Source of the DNA: Candidatus Saccharimonadales bacterium
GTDB lineage: Bacteria; Patescibacteriota; Saccharimonadia; QS-5-54-17
Direction: 5' to 3'
NCBI GenBank assembly: GCA_040903985.1
Contig: JBBDUI010000002.1
Coordinates: 599,633-663,632, forward strand
DNA length: 64,000 nucleotides
Shown here: piece by piece, positions 9,581 through 19,787 of the stretch
Layout: each line of letters opens with the position of its first letter
How positions within the stretch are numbered: position 1 is the stretch's first letter
Made by a program: the position numbers and the translations under genes
Notes under the pieces: model-generated
What the model was told of the DNA's origin: nothing
What the model saw: the letters and a program-made list of their open reading frames with translations, nothing else
Database searches by the model: none

Positions 9581-9610
9581 GATTATATCCTTTACAAATA
9601 TATTATATTG

Positions 9611-9754
9611 TTATTTAGTAGTATTTTCTATCGTTTTAGCTTTAGCCTTTTGAGCTAGGTCTATTTGAATGAGTACATCTAGAAATCCTGCAAGGTTCTT
9701 TAAGTCTTTAGGAGTTTCTGTAGATGGATTGTTGGGTTGTTTGGGGGTTACCAT
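9611..9754 (-). CDS. Small hypothetical protein (47 aa) upstream of the integrase
   Basis: Manual translation MVTPKQPNNPSTETPKDLKNLAGFLDVLIQIDLAQKAKAKTIENTTK; start overlaps the end of 9748..10275. Confidence 0.6.
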   Translation of the reverse strand: MVTPKQPNNPSTETPKDLKNLAGFLDVLIQIDLAQKAKAKTIENTTK

Positions 9755-10275
9755 TTGAAACCCCCGTAATGTGTCGAGAAAATATCCGCAATATTATTCT
9801 CAGTATTTTTTAATTTTGGTCTTTTTAGAACTTCATATTCTTTACTGGTCACTATTGAAGCAGGTACACTCCTCAATTTGTTCTGGTAATCTCCTTGTTT
9901 TCGAGGTAGCTGTGTACAAACTTTTTGGTGTTCGTACAGTTTTATGACACAAGGTATTAGGTCGTATGTGTTAGAAGTTCCTCGCTTATGTCTGCGTTTA
10001 ACGAACTGTTTTTCTTCCAGTTTTCTCAATCGTCTTTGAACGGTTGAATAACCTTTGTGAGAGAACTTGCATAGCCGAGTAATTGACGGGTATACCCGAC
10101 TATTGTGGCTGAACCAAAATGTTAGCAAGTGTATCAGTGTTAATGTCTCACCGTCTGTTAGCCCAAGATGACCCTGGCAAGCTAACAGTAAGTTTGGTAC
10201 CTGAGTGAAGTTAAACTCCTCTATTTCAGGTGACCATTTCTCTGAAAAACCGTATTCCTTGTTATTGGTTTTCAT
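9748..10275 (-). CDS. Winged-HTH protein resembling phage/plasmid replication initiator N-termini
   Basis: FTQVPNLLL...VYPSITRL...STVQRRLRKLEEKQFVKR...SNTYDL pattern. Confidence 0.75.
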   Translation of the reverse strand: MKTNNKEYGFSEKWSPEIEEFNFTQVPNLLLACQGHLGLTDGETLTLIHLLTFWFSHNSRVYPSITRLCKFSHKGYSTVQRRLRKLEEKQFVKRRHKRGTSNTYDLIPCVIKLYEHQKVCTQLPRKQGDYQNKLRSVPASIVTSKEYEVLKRPKLKNTENNIADIFSTHYGGFKW

Positions 10276-10425
10276 CGTATTTTCCTTTGCGATGAAGCCA
10301 GCCCAACGGAACGGTTGTTATTGGTGTTGGGTGGCTTCGTTGCCGTTCCAAACACCACTTTAGACATTAAAAAAGGAGCTGTAATAAAGCTCCTAAATTA
10401 CTCGATTTTAGTCGGTTTTAACTTC

Positions 10426-11283
10426 TTAGGTTGGTAATATTTCTCGGTTTGTTACGGTTTCGTCACGGTTAGATTTTAGCCATTTTTCGAACCACTCAAG
10501 TTGTTCTCCGCTTATCTCTTTCCAAGGGGTGAACCTTATTGTTTTCTGTGTAGTTCTTTCAAAAAATATCTTCTTTAACTCTCTATTGAAGTGGCAGTTT
10601 CTAACAAGTTCACTCAAATCGGTTTTCGTTTTACAGCCTTCAACTTTTTCTTGTATCTCGTGAATGCTTATCGGTCTATCATGATTTTTAAGAATATAAC
10701 GCATGAAGTTATACGGTGGGCTGTCGTATCTGAGTGGCTTGCCAAGTATTACATTTGCCCCTTCGATTAAATCAATACTTGCATACCTAAGTCCGACAGT
10801 TATTAAGTTATTTCGTAAATCAATAAAAATAATTTCTGACCTGTTTTTCTTGGTTTGGGTAGATTTATGTTTTTTATCAGTAAGGACGCTGTCGTGGTAC
10901 TGGTATTTTTCCAAATCTTTCTTTCTAGCTTTGTTTCTCACTGACTCAAAATTGTCCAGAATATTAACTTTATAATTTCTCAAAGACTTCATTTTTCCAA
11001 AAAGATAGTGATAGTCTACGTCAAGAATATCTGCCTTAAACGTTGGGTTGTTCAATGATATAGATCCATCATCTTCTAACTTTTTATTTGGCTTGGTGTA
11101 GGAGTACTTAATACATTCATAATCATCTTGTAATGCGTCTAGAATATATTTCTGGTCTTCAAGTCGTACACCCGCAACGTCCAAGTCCTCTGAGCTGAAA
11201 GATACCTTGTTACCCGATAATGATTCTTGCAGGAACCTATCAATCAGGTTGATTGCGATTAATATTTTTTCACGACCAGTCAT
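10426..11283 (-). CDS. Hypothetical protein, possible C-terminal HTH
   Basis: 285-aa ORF in the island. Confidence 0.7.
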   Translation of the reverse strand: MTGREKILIAINLIDRFLQESLSGNKVSFSSEDLDVAGVRLEDQKYILDALQDDYECIKYSYTKPNKKLEDDGSISLNNPTFKADILDVDYHYLFGKMKSLRNYKVNILDNFESVRNKARKKDLEKYQYHDSVLTDKKHKSTQTKKNRSEIIFIDLRNNLITVGLRYASIDLIEGANVILGKPLRYDSPPYNFMRYILKNHDRPISIHEIQEKVEGCKTKTDLSELVRNCHFNRELKKIFFERTTQKTIRFTPWKEISGEQLEWFEKWLKSNRDETVTNREILPT

Positions 11284-11349
11284 TAGTGTAAATTATACTC
11301 TATAATCCCATTCCTCACTGTTCCGCTCTTAGTTTTTGAATTTTTATTA

Positions 11350-11841
11350 CTAATGAAAACTAGTCGTGTAATGTACGAAAACCACTCGTTTGAGTGATGA
11401 GTTTGGGTGTCTGTCTGCAAAGTCTTCAACAGCTTTTTGAGCTATCATAATCACGTCTTCGTATGGATTGCCGTGTAAGCCTGAGCCTAACGCAGGAAAA
11501 GCCATGGACTCTACACCATAGTCATCTGCAAGTTCTAACGAAGTATAAAAGCACTTATAGAGTATCTTTGGCTCTTTACCTTTATGGTAGCCGTATATAG
11601 GCGCAACTGTGTGTATGACGTATTGAGCTGGTAAGTCGTAGGCTTCGGTAATCTTTGCTTCGCCATAATCACAGCCACCAAGTTCTTTACAGGCATTTGC
11701 TAGTTCGGGTCCTGCGATTGAATGGATTTTACTGTCTACACCACCGCCAGGAATGAGCTGAGTGTTGGCTGCATTCACGATAATATCTGCATGGAGTTTT
11801 GTTATATCCCAATTCATTTCTTCTAGTCTTAATGTACGCAT
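11350..11841 (-). CDS. Macro domain (ADP-ribose binding/hydrolase) protein
   Basis: DIT, IVNAAN, GGGVD, VIHTVAP, AFPALGSG. Confidence 0.95.
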   Translation of the reverse strand: MRTLRLEEMNWDITKLHADIIVNAANTQLIPGGGVDSKIHSIAGPELANACKELGGCDYGEAKITEAYDLPAQYVIHTVAPIYGYHKGKEPKILYKCFYTSLELADDYGVESMAFPALGSGLHGNPYEDVIMIAQKAVEDFADRHPNSSLKRVVFVHYTTSFH

Positions 11842-11842
11842 T

Positions 11843-12085
11843 CTAGTATTCGTTCCTCATGGCATTAATAAAATCTAGTAATGCTGGTTTACGGTTCATG
11901 CCATATTTTTTGTTGAGTTCTTTAGTTTTGGCGATAGTTGCTTCGTTAATACGATATATTACTGGTTGAGCGAGCTGTTTGGCAGTTTCTCTATCTATTT
12001 CGCCCGTCCTATATTTGTGTTGAATAGTAGCGATATCAGCTCTGTTTTTGACTGCTTGCTCAATGTTCTTTTCCATACTTCGCAT
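11843..12085 (-). CDS. Hypothetical protein (80 aa) co-oriented with the macro domain gene
   Basis: Stop lies 1 bp from the macro domain start. Confidence 0.65.
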   Translation of the reverse strand: MRSMEKNIEQAVKNRADIATIQHKYRTGEIDRETAKQLAQPVIYRINEATIAKTKELNKKYGMNRKPALLDFINAMRNEY

Positions 12086-12212
12086 TCTGTATAGAAAATT
12101 AGAGGAATGCGAGCCGTAAAGTAGCCTTTCTGAGCTATTCTCAGCCTCTCTACGCTGTGTTTAGTGCAGATTAATAACTATGGACTATAAACAGAGGTGT
12201 TTATAGCGTACA

Positions 12213-15200
12213 ATGTTGCATAATATGGCTAGTCTATTTGGTAAAAACAAACTTCGTGATATAGCGACAAAACTACAAACTTCTGACTTAGAAGATAAAA
12301 TTGCAATCGTTAAAACTTGGCACAATGATTATCACAAAGGTAGCTTAAAAGCAGATAAAGAAACTTCCCGCGAGCAAGCCTACAATCATGACTTTTTCAT
12401 AAAGATTTTAGGTTATAAAGAAAAACCTACAGTGCCGTATAGCTTTGAGCCAAAAGCTACTACTGATAAAGGTCAACTCCCTGACGCTGTTCTTAGCCAC
12501 ACTGACGTAACACAAGACATCAAGAATATTGCAGCTGTAGTGGAATTAAAGGGTGCAAGTATTGAGTTAGACAGACCACAACGGCGTGAGGGCAACATGA
12601 GTCCTGTGCAACAGGGGTTCAAGTACAAGACTCAGTATAGAAACTGTCCATTTGTGGTTGTCAGTAACTTTTGGGAGTTCAGGCTATACCACGACAATCA
12701 ACTTGATTATGAGCTATGGACACTCGATGACTTAGTTGACCCTGATGACGACTATCTCAAGTTCAAGACTTTCTACACACTTCTCCACAGTGATAACCTC
12801 ACAACACCAAAGGGAGCAAGCAAGACAGAGGGCTGGCTCAGTGATATACGTTATGAGCAGGAAGAAATCGGAAAGAAATTCTACAAGATGTACCGAGAAG
12901 CTCGTCTCGATCTGCTAAGAGACATTTACAGGCACAATCAAACTGTACGTTCAGATATTGATATGGGTATAGAAAAAGCCCAAAAGATTATTGACCGCAT
13001 AGTATTTGCCTGTTTCGCAGAGGACCGAGGCTTGCTTCCAGACAATACCTTGCAACGAGTTATTCAAGCTGCCGATAAGTCAGCGTTTGGTGGTTCGCTC
13101 TGGTCAACCTTCAAAGCGTTCTTTGAAGCAATTGATGTTGGTAGCGAAAAACTAGAAATACCAGACGGCTACAACGGTGGCTTATTTGCACATGATCCGA
13201 CTCTTAACGCCCTCAAAGTAAGTGATGAGCCACTACGAAAAGTAGCAAACATCAGTAACTACAACTTTGAGGAAGATTTAAGCGTTACGATTCTTGGCCA
13301 TATCTTTGAACAGTCTATTAGTGACCTAGAAGAAATCAAAAGCAAAGTCGAAGAAACTAAAAGCCTAGATTCTTTTCAGCAGTCACGAAGAAAAAAAGAC
13401 GGCATTTTCTATACTCCTGACTACATAGTGCGTTATATCGTTGATAATTCACTCGGTGCTTACTTGCGAGGTGAAGAAGAACGTCTAAAGTCTGAGTTTA
13501 AGCTCAAGGGCGACATTACAGACAAAAATTATGAAAAGAGAGAACGCCAAGCATACAGTAAGTATCAAGAATTTTTACAGAATGTAAAAGTCGTTGACCC
13601 TGCTTGTGGCTCAGGTGCATTTTTGGTTTATGTTTTTGATTATCTACTTGCAGAAAATAAACGTGTAGCAAGTATTCTCGGCAATAACTTGTTTAGTAGT
13701 GAGGATTACATAAAATCAATCCTACAGAACAATATTTATGGTGTTGACCTCAATGATGAATCGGTTGAGATTACTAAACTATCGCTTTGGCTTAAATCTG
13801 CTCAAAAAGGCAAAAAACTCACAACACTGGACAACAACATCAAATGTGGCAACAGTTTAATTGATGACTCGGAAGTTGCTGGCGATAAGGCGTTTGTGTG
13901 GGAAAAAGAATTTCCTGAAATCTTTGCCAAAGGTGGCTTTGATATAGTTGTCGGAAACCCCCCATGGGTGTTCACTCGTGAAGGTGGTTTTACGCAAGGC
14001 TCAAAAGATTTTATAAGTGCGTACATAGAAAATAAAAGCATTACTACTGAGTCCCGCGGTCTTAATATCCAAAAAGGCAAAATTAATCTATATGCAGTGT
14101 TTATCGCTAAGGGCTTAGACCTTCTTACGAAAGGCGGTGTACTTTCATACATTGTCCCGAATAGCATACTTCGAGCTACGCCTTATGAGGCGTTTCGAAA
14201 GTATTTACTCGATAACTTTGCCATTAAACAGATAGTTAATCTTGGAGCAGGTATATTCAGTGGAGTTACTGCTTCATCAGTCATATTGTCCATTGGAAGA
14301 AAAGAAGGCATATCTAGTAACTACGAAACAGAAATCATTATAGACATACAAAATCCAAATGAAAAATCTAGGCTAGAGCAAAATAACTTCTCGAACAACG
14401 CCAGTTACGTTTTTAACATACTCGCAAAAAAGGAAGAAGTAACGTTAACAACAAAAATACTATCAAATCATATCGTTCTAGGGAATATAGCAAAATTTAT
14501 TTCGCCAGGTATTGACGGTGATAAGTCTAAATATGTTAGTAAAGAACGGCTGAGTGATGATTATAAGCCATTATTATTTGGTAAATCATTCGGTAGGTAT
14601 ACGATCAATTTTGATAATAACTACATTCTCTATGACAGGTCAAAATTGAATAGGGCGAGAAAAGAAGAAATCTTCACATCAGACAAAATCATTATACAAA
14701 GAATAAGCGGCGGACTTAATCCTTTAAGATGTACGCTTGATGTAGAACAGTTCTATACGTTCAACTCAGTCAATAACGTCATACTTAAAGATGACAGTGG
14801 CGTTTCAGCTCATTATGTACTGGCGCTACTGAACTCAAGGCTGCTCAACTGGTACTATTCAACTAACTTCTCTAACAAATCAACTCTTACGGTAAATATA
14901 TCCAAGACTTTTCTTGAAAAGCTACCGATAGCAATAGGGTTAAAAGGTGAGCAGGACTCTTTAGAGAAATTGACCAAGAAAATACTTAGCTTATACAGTA
15001 AGCAAGACCAGGTTTTGACTCGTATAGAGAAAGTCATTTTGTCAGAATATCAAATAGAAAAATGGCCGACTAAACTCAATAAATGGTGGTTAATCGACTT
15101 TGCTACTTTCGTAAAAACACTCAAGATAACCCTCACGCTTTCACAAAAAGATGAATTGATGATACTTTACGAAAAATATCGCAAAGAGTTACTGGCGCTT

Positions 15201-15308
15201 GAGCAAGAAATCAAAAACACTGATTATGAAATCAACCAGTCTGTCTATTCACTGTACGGTTTAACAAATGAAGAAATTGAAATTATTGATAAGCAAACAA
15301 ATGAATAA
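12213..15308 (+). CDS. Type IIG (Eco57I-like) fused restriction endonuclease / adenine methyltransferase
   Basis: PD...ELK nuclease motif, YNGGLF, GIFYTP, DPACGSG, NPPW, TaqI-like C-terminal recognition region. Confidence 0.92.
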   Translation: MLHNMASLFGKNKLRDIATKLQTSDLEDKIAIVKTWHNDYHKGSLKADKETSREQAYNHDFFIKILGYKEKPTVPYSFEPKATTDKGQLPDAVLSHTDVTQDIKNIAAVVELKGASIELDRPQRREGNMSPVQQGFKYKTQYRNCPFVVVSNFWEFRLYHDNQLDYELWTLDDLVDPDDDYLKFKTFYTLLHSDNLTTPKGASKTEGWLSDIRYEQEEIGKKFYKMYREARLDLLRDIYRHNQTVRSDIDMGIEKAQKIIDRIVFACFAEDRGLLPDNTLQRVIQAADKSAFGGSLWSTFKAFFEAIDVGSEKLEIPDGYNGGLFAHDPTLNALKVSDEPLRKVANISNYNFEEDLSVTILGHIFEQSISDLEEIKSKVEETKSLDSFQQSRRKKDGIFYTPDYIVRYIVDNSLGAYLRGEEERLKSEFKLKGDITDKNYEKRERQAYSKYQEFLQNVKVVDPACGSGAFLVYVFDYLLAENKRVASILGNNLFSSEDYIKSILQNNIYGVDLNDESVEITKLSLWLKSAQKGKKLTTLDNNIKCGNSLIDDSEVAGDKAFVWEKEFPEIFAKGGFDIVVGNPPWVFTREGGFTQGSKDFISAYIENKSITTESRGLNIQKGKINLYAVFIAKGLDLLTKGGVLSYIVPNSILRATPYEAFRKYLLDNFAIKQIVNLGAGIFSGVTASSVILSIGRKEGISSNYETEIIIDIQNPNEKSRLEQNNFSNNASYVFNILAKKEEVTLTTKILSNHIVLGNIAKFISPGIDGDKSKYVSKERLSDDYKPLLFGKSFGRYTINFDNNYILYDRSKLNRARKEEIFTSDKIIIQRISGGLNPLRCTLDVEQFYTFNSVNNVILKDDSGVSAHYVLALLNSRLLNWYYSTNFSNKSTLTVNISKTFLEKLPIAIGLKGEQDSLEKLTKKILSLYSKQDQVLTRIEKVILSEYQIEKWPTKLNKWWLIDFATFVKTLKITLTLSQKDELMILYEKYRKELLALEQEIKNTDYEINQSVYSLYGLTNEEIEIIDKQTNE

Positions 15309-16023
15309 GGCCAACGATAACTTAAAAAACAATAAGCTAGACTGGACGGCTATAGTAACAAAAGCGAGCTTAGGCGCTGTCCCTATTGCAGGTAGTTTTT
15401 TAGCGGAGATTGTAGGAACGTTAATCCCTAATCAACGAATCGAAAGAATCGCTGAGTACGTTACAGAACTTAATAATAAGCTAGAGACTATCCCTGAACA
15501 TGTAGTAAAGAGATTAAGGAATAACGAAGAATTTATTGATTTAGTTGAGGAGAGTATTATTCGGGTCGCCCGCTCAATATCAGAAGAAAGACGCAAATAC
15601 ATTTTGAATATCGTTCAAAATGGTATTTCAGATGATGACTCAACTGTTAATAACGCAAAATATCTTTTGAGACTGTTATCAGAGATAAACGACAATGAAG
15701 TAATCTGGCTTCGTTATTTTCACGAGCGGACACTAAACGATAAGGCTCATTTTCAAGCATTGCACAAAAATATTCTTTCACCCGTACAAGTTGTACTAGG
15801 GTCTAGTAAAGAGGAACGCCAACGAGGGGCAGTTCAGGAAAGCTACAAAGAACATCTGGAACGACTTGGCTTAATTGAAAATAATATCAAAATGAACAAA
15901 GACCTTGGTGTGCCAGAATATGATACATTCACTAATAAGCCAAAGGTGTCATATACTCAGACCACAACATTGGGTAACATGCTCTTAGAGAAGATTGGTT
16001 TAATAAATAATGCAGCAAAATAG
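15301..16023 (+). CDS. Hypothetical protein
   Basis: ATG at 15301 overlaps the RM gene stop; N-terminal GAVPIAGSFLAEI helix hairpin. Confidence 0.75.
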   Translation: MNKANDNLKNNKLDWTAIVTKASLGAVPIAGSFLAEIVGTLIPNQRIERIAEYVTELNNKLETIPEHVVKRLRNNEEFIDLVEESIIRVARSISEERRKYILNIVQNGISDDDSTVNNAKYLLRLLSEINDNEVIWLRYFHERTLNDKAHFQALHKNILSPVQVVLGSSKEERQRGAVQESYKEHLERLGLIENNIKMNKDLGVPEYDTFTNKPKVSYTQTTTLGNMLLEKIGLINNAAK

Positions 16024-16777
16024 TTTCAAACAAGTCGCATACGACATTCTAAAAGAAGCCGGTAACCCACTCCACAGTAAGGAGATTACTAAATTAGCAC
16101 TCCAACGAGGATTGCTAGTAACAGACGGCAAAACACCAGAGGCAACCATGAACGCTCAGCTAGTGGTTGATATTAATAAAAAAGGTATCAAATCAAAGTT
16201 TATCAAAACAGCCCCTTCAACATTTTATTTGAACGATAATTCTGAACCCATTGAAACAAAAGAAGAAATAGCAGAAGAAGCTAAAAAAGAAGCTGTCATC
16301 TCAAACGTATCATCAAAGCAGAAAGGCGATATTGCTGAGGCTAGAGTTGCCGAACTTATCACCCTCTACGGTGATAATGAGGTGTCTTGTTTCAAGCCAA
16401 TTTCCGATGACGAAGGAATTGACTTAATTGTAAAGCCTAAGGGGCAATTGAAATCACTGTATATTCAAATCAAGTCACGATTTGGCAGTAACCCAAGTGA
16501 AATATTCACCGCTACTGTCAAAGCCTCAGGGGTAGTAGAAAATTATTCAATGGTCTACTTGTTTTGCTACTTTGATACTTCAACTGGCGATATGTGGGAC
16601 TATGTATGGCTTGTCCCTGCACCAGACTTCAAACGGCTAGCGAACAATCTTCAAGGCGGTAGTTTGTATGGATTTGTAGCAGGTAGGAAAAAATCGGACA
16701 GTAATAAATGGGACCAGTATCTCATACACAAAACCGACTTATCGGAGTCAATAATTAATCAACTTTCAAGACTGTAG
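16010..16777 (+). CDS. HARE-HTH domain fused to a PD-(D/E)XK nuclease
   Basis: AYDILKEAGNPLHSKEI...GKTPEATMNAQL (HARE-HTH); GDIAE...DDEGIDLIV...IQIKSR nuclease motifs. Confidence 0.85.
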   Translation: MQQNSFKQVAYDILKEAGNPLHSKEITKLALQRGLLVTDGKTPEATMNAQLVVDINKKGIKSKFIKTAPSTFYLNDNSEPIETKEEIAEEAKKEAVISNVSSKQKGDIAEARVAELITLYGDNEVSCFKPISDDEGIDLIVKPKGQLKSLYIQIKSRFGSNPSEIFTATVKASGVVENYSMVYLFCYFDTSTGDMWDYVWLVPAPDFKRLANNLQGGSLYGFVAGRKKSDSNKWDQYLIHKTDLSESIINQLSRL

Positions 16778-16788
16778 ATTTGTAAATT

Positions 16789-18261
16789 ATGTACCTGTCT
16801 AAATCTGACTTCCTAAAATATCAATGTTGTCCAAGTTATCTATGGCTATGGAAATACAAAAAAGAAGTCGTACCCGTAGATGATGAGGAAGCAATTAATC
16901 AGCGACTAGAACAAGGTAATGAAGTTGAGCGTTTTGCTCGTGGCTTATTTCCTAACGCTGTTCTGGTTGGTTCTTACGGTAAGAAGGCTCGTAACGAAAC
17001 CGAGAGGCTTGTAAGTAATGATGTGCAAGCAATATTCCAAGCTACTGTTTATACAGACAAAGAATTATTGGCAATGGCAGATATTATTGAATTTGATGAA
17101 GCCACGCAATCTTGGGATTTGTACGAAGTAAAATCTACCAACTCTGTTAAAAAAGAACATATATATGACCTTGCTTTTCAGCGAGTGGCATTTGAAGACG
17201 CTGGCTATAAAATTGGTAAGGTAATTGTCATTCATTTAGATAAAACTTACGTTCGCAAAACAGCAGTAGAGCCATCTGAACTTTTAACGCAAACCGATGT
17301 TACAGAAAAGGTTGAAAAAATACTACCAACAATACGGCAACAAGCCTATGACGCTATTGAAGTATTAAAACAAAACGATGAGCCAAAAAAGTGTAGTTGT
17401 AGACTTAAAACTCGTTCAGGACACTGCTCGACATTTAATTATCTTAATCCCGATATTCCTGAGTATTCTGTTTTTAATATTTCAAGAATAGGTGCTAAGA
17501 ATCTGGCAGTACTTGTAGATGGAGACATTCATAACGTACATGATGTACCAGAGGACATAAAACTTTCTATTGGTCAGAAAAATCAAGTACTGGTGGCTAG
17601 GAGTAAAGAGCCGATTATAAACAGGCCAGCTATTCAAGAATTGTTAAGCGAACTTGAATTTCCTCTTTATTTCCTAGACTACGAAACCGTTTCATCGGCC
17701 TTACCAATGTTTAATGGCTGTACACCATTCCAACAAATACCGTTCCAGTATTCTTTACACGTTCTGAGAGAGCCTGACGGCGAACTTGAGCATTATGAGT
17801 ATCTTGGGCGTGATAGCACCAATCCACCAATGCCAGAGCTACTCGCAAGCCTACAGAACAATATCGGAGATACAGGTAGCGTTATTGTTTGGTATAAAGT
17901 CTTTGAAACAGGACGCAACACAGAAATGGGTAAAGCATTCCCTGAATACGCGGAGTTCCTTGAGGGCATAAATAATAGAGTGTTTGATCTAATGGACATA
18001 TTCAGTAAACAGCATTATGTACACCACGATTTCAAAGGCAGTAGCTCAATCAAATATGTGTTACCAGTCCTTGTGCCTGAGTTCTCATACAAGGAAATGG
18101 ATATACAGAACGGATTAGTCGCTTCAATACGGTGGTATGACGCCGTTATGGGTGCAGTAGACGAAGAACAAGCCCAAAAGACTTACGAAGCACTCTTGAA
18201 GTACTGCTGTTTAGATACTTTGGCAATGGTTAAGATTTACGAATACTTAAAGAAACTATAA
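16789..18261 (+). CDS. DUF2779-type protein (PD-(D/E)XK nuclease plus RNase H-like domain)
   Basis: LSKSDF..C, ADII...YEVKS, YFLDYET, PFQYSLH, SSIKYVLP, YCCLDT. Confidence 0.85.
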   Translation: MYLSKSDFLKYQCCPSYLWLWKYKKEVVPVDDEEAINQRLEQGNEVERFARGLFPNAVLVGSYGKKARNETERLVSNDVQAIFQATVYTDKELLAMADIIEFDEATQSWDLYEVKSTNSVKKEHIYDLAFQRVAFEDAGYKIGKVIVIHLDKTYVRKTAVEPSELLTQTDVTEKVEKILPTIRQQAYDAIEVLKQNDEPKKCSCRLKTRSGHCSTFNYLNPDIPEYSVFNISRIGAKNLAVLVDGDIHNVHDVPEDIKLSIGQKNQVLVARSKEPIINRPAIQELLSELEFPLYFLDYETVSSALPMFNGCTPFQQIPFQYSLHVLREPDGELEHYEYLGRDSTNPPMPELLASLQNNIGDTGSVIVWYKVFETGRNTEMGKAFPEYAEFLEGINNRVFDLMDIFSKQHYVHHDFKGSSSIKYVLPVLVPEFSYKEMDIQNGLVASIRWYDAVMGAVDEEQAQKTYEALLKYCCLDTLAMVKIYEYLKKL

Positions 18262-18311
18262 GTTAAACGTAAGCAATATAGTTATCAACCAAACAACGAT
18301 ACAATAATCTT

Positions 18312-19787
18312 ATGGTTGCAAATCAACAAAAAGGAAAACAACTAATAACTCTCAATGAGCATATTGGTGTACCTGTAGAAAAACTTGAAGAACTGGGTAT
18401 CCTAAACGCAATAATCGGCATAGATACTAAATTATTCATTGACCCTAAGTTGATAAATGTTACTGATATACCTGAACTTGATAATGTTGTAGAGGACATT
18501 CGTGCCTATGTTCGTAAACTGATATCTGTAAATAATCAGGCAGCAAAATCCGAACGTATTAGACAGATTGCAATAAAGATGATTGCCATTGAAGAACCAA
18601 AAGGTCTATCAATCGGTTACGGAAACAGCAGGGATAGTGGTACTTCCATTTCAGAAAGTGTGGCAAGGAAATCACTGCAATCATTATCTGAAATGATTTC
18701 AATCGGTGTAGAAGACCTTGAAGTTATGGAAATGCTAGGACTGTTTATAAGCAGATTCGGAGCTGACAGCATTAGTGATTTAATATCACACATCATTTAT
18801 CCCCGACTTTGTGCGTATACCCAAAGAGTCTCAAAAGAACTTGGTATAAAGGTTAAGGTATTTGAAATAAACGAAGCAAAGTATAACCTACCTGCACACC
18901 CCAAAAAAGATACTCCGCTTATTTTTGTTCCATTAGTGATATTGAGCGAACTTCCATTGGCGACTAGTTGGGAAGAAATTGCAGTTGCCGCCCAGTTAAA
19001 CGAAAAATGCAGACAAGCCTTTAACGACTTAGTCGGAGCCGATATTGCAAATTACGCAAAAAAGATTAAGAAGAACCCAGCACTTGTTACTGGTTCAATT
19101 GAAGCAATGAAAACCCTTATAGCCATCTATGACGAAGCTGTTGTAAGACCATATGATAGACAAAAAGACCCCGCTGGATACGTTCGTCTAAGCAAATTCG
19201 CGGCACAACTTAACGACAAGCTGCAATCACCAAACACGGTTATTAAAAATACAAACGAAATGGTTGAGTTTATTGACGGACAAGTAATAGACCAGTTTCG
19301 TCGTAATATTGAAAAACTAGGAGCTAACACCTTGCTGTACCACCGAAAAGGTGAATCTCCTGATTATTTGAAGCCAGTCAGAGAAGACGCTGCACAGATT
19401 ATTTTCCATACAGCTGCTGACCACATCTGTCAAAATAACGACATTTTGGTAAGTAGGGAGCCAGCGGTTGGTAATGGTGCTGTGGATTTCACAATTGGTC
19501 AAGGTTCTAGCAATAAGGCGGTCGTTGAAATTAAAAAATCAAACAATAAGAACCTGATTGACGGATATAATTTACAATTACAAGAGTATGTGGAACGAGA
19601 GAAAGCGGCTATCGCATTCTATGTAGTTGTATTAGTAACTCAAGCAAGTGTGGATAACAAAGATTCACAGTTGAACGAACTTAAAAAAATGTATGCTTCT
19701 AAATTACGCAAAAAAGAACAATGCCCAAGATTAGTAATTATTAATGGTCTTGAACAATTAAGCCCAAGTAAGATGAGGAGCAATTAA
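18312..19787 (+). CDS. Hypothetical protein with C-terminal PD-(D/E)XK-like motif
   Basis: SREPAVGNGAVDF...VVEIKKS...QLQEY. Confidence 0.75.
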   Translation: MVANQQKGKQLITLNEHIGVPVEKLEELGILNAIIGIDTKLFIDPKLINVTDIPELDNVVEDIRAYVRKLISVNNQAAKSERIRQIAIKMIAIEEPKGLSIGYGNSRDSGTSISESVARKSLQSLSEMISIGVEDLEVMEMLGLFISRFGADSISDLISHIIYPRLCAYTQRVSKELGIKVKVFEINEAKYNLPAHPKKDTPLIFVPLVILSELPLATSWEEIAVAAQLNEKCRQAFNDLVGADIANYAKKIKKNPALVTGSIEAMKTLIAIYDEAVVRPYDRQKDPAGYVRLSKFAAQLNDKLQSPNTVIKNTNEMVEFIDGQVIDQFRRNIEKLGANTLLYHRKGESPDYLKPVREDAAQIIFHTAADHICQNNDILVSREPAVGNGAVDFTIGQGSSNKAVVEIKKSNNKNLIDGYNLQLQEYVEREKAAIAFYVVVLVTQASVDNKDSQLNELKKMYASKLRKKEQCPRLVIINGLEQLSPSKMRSN

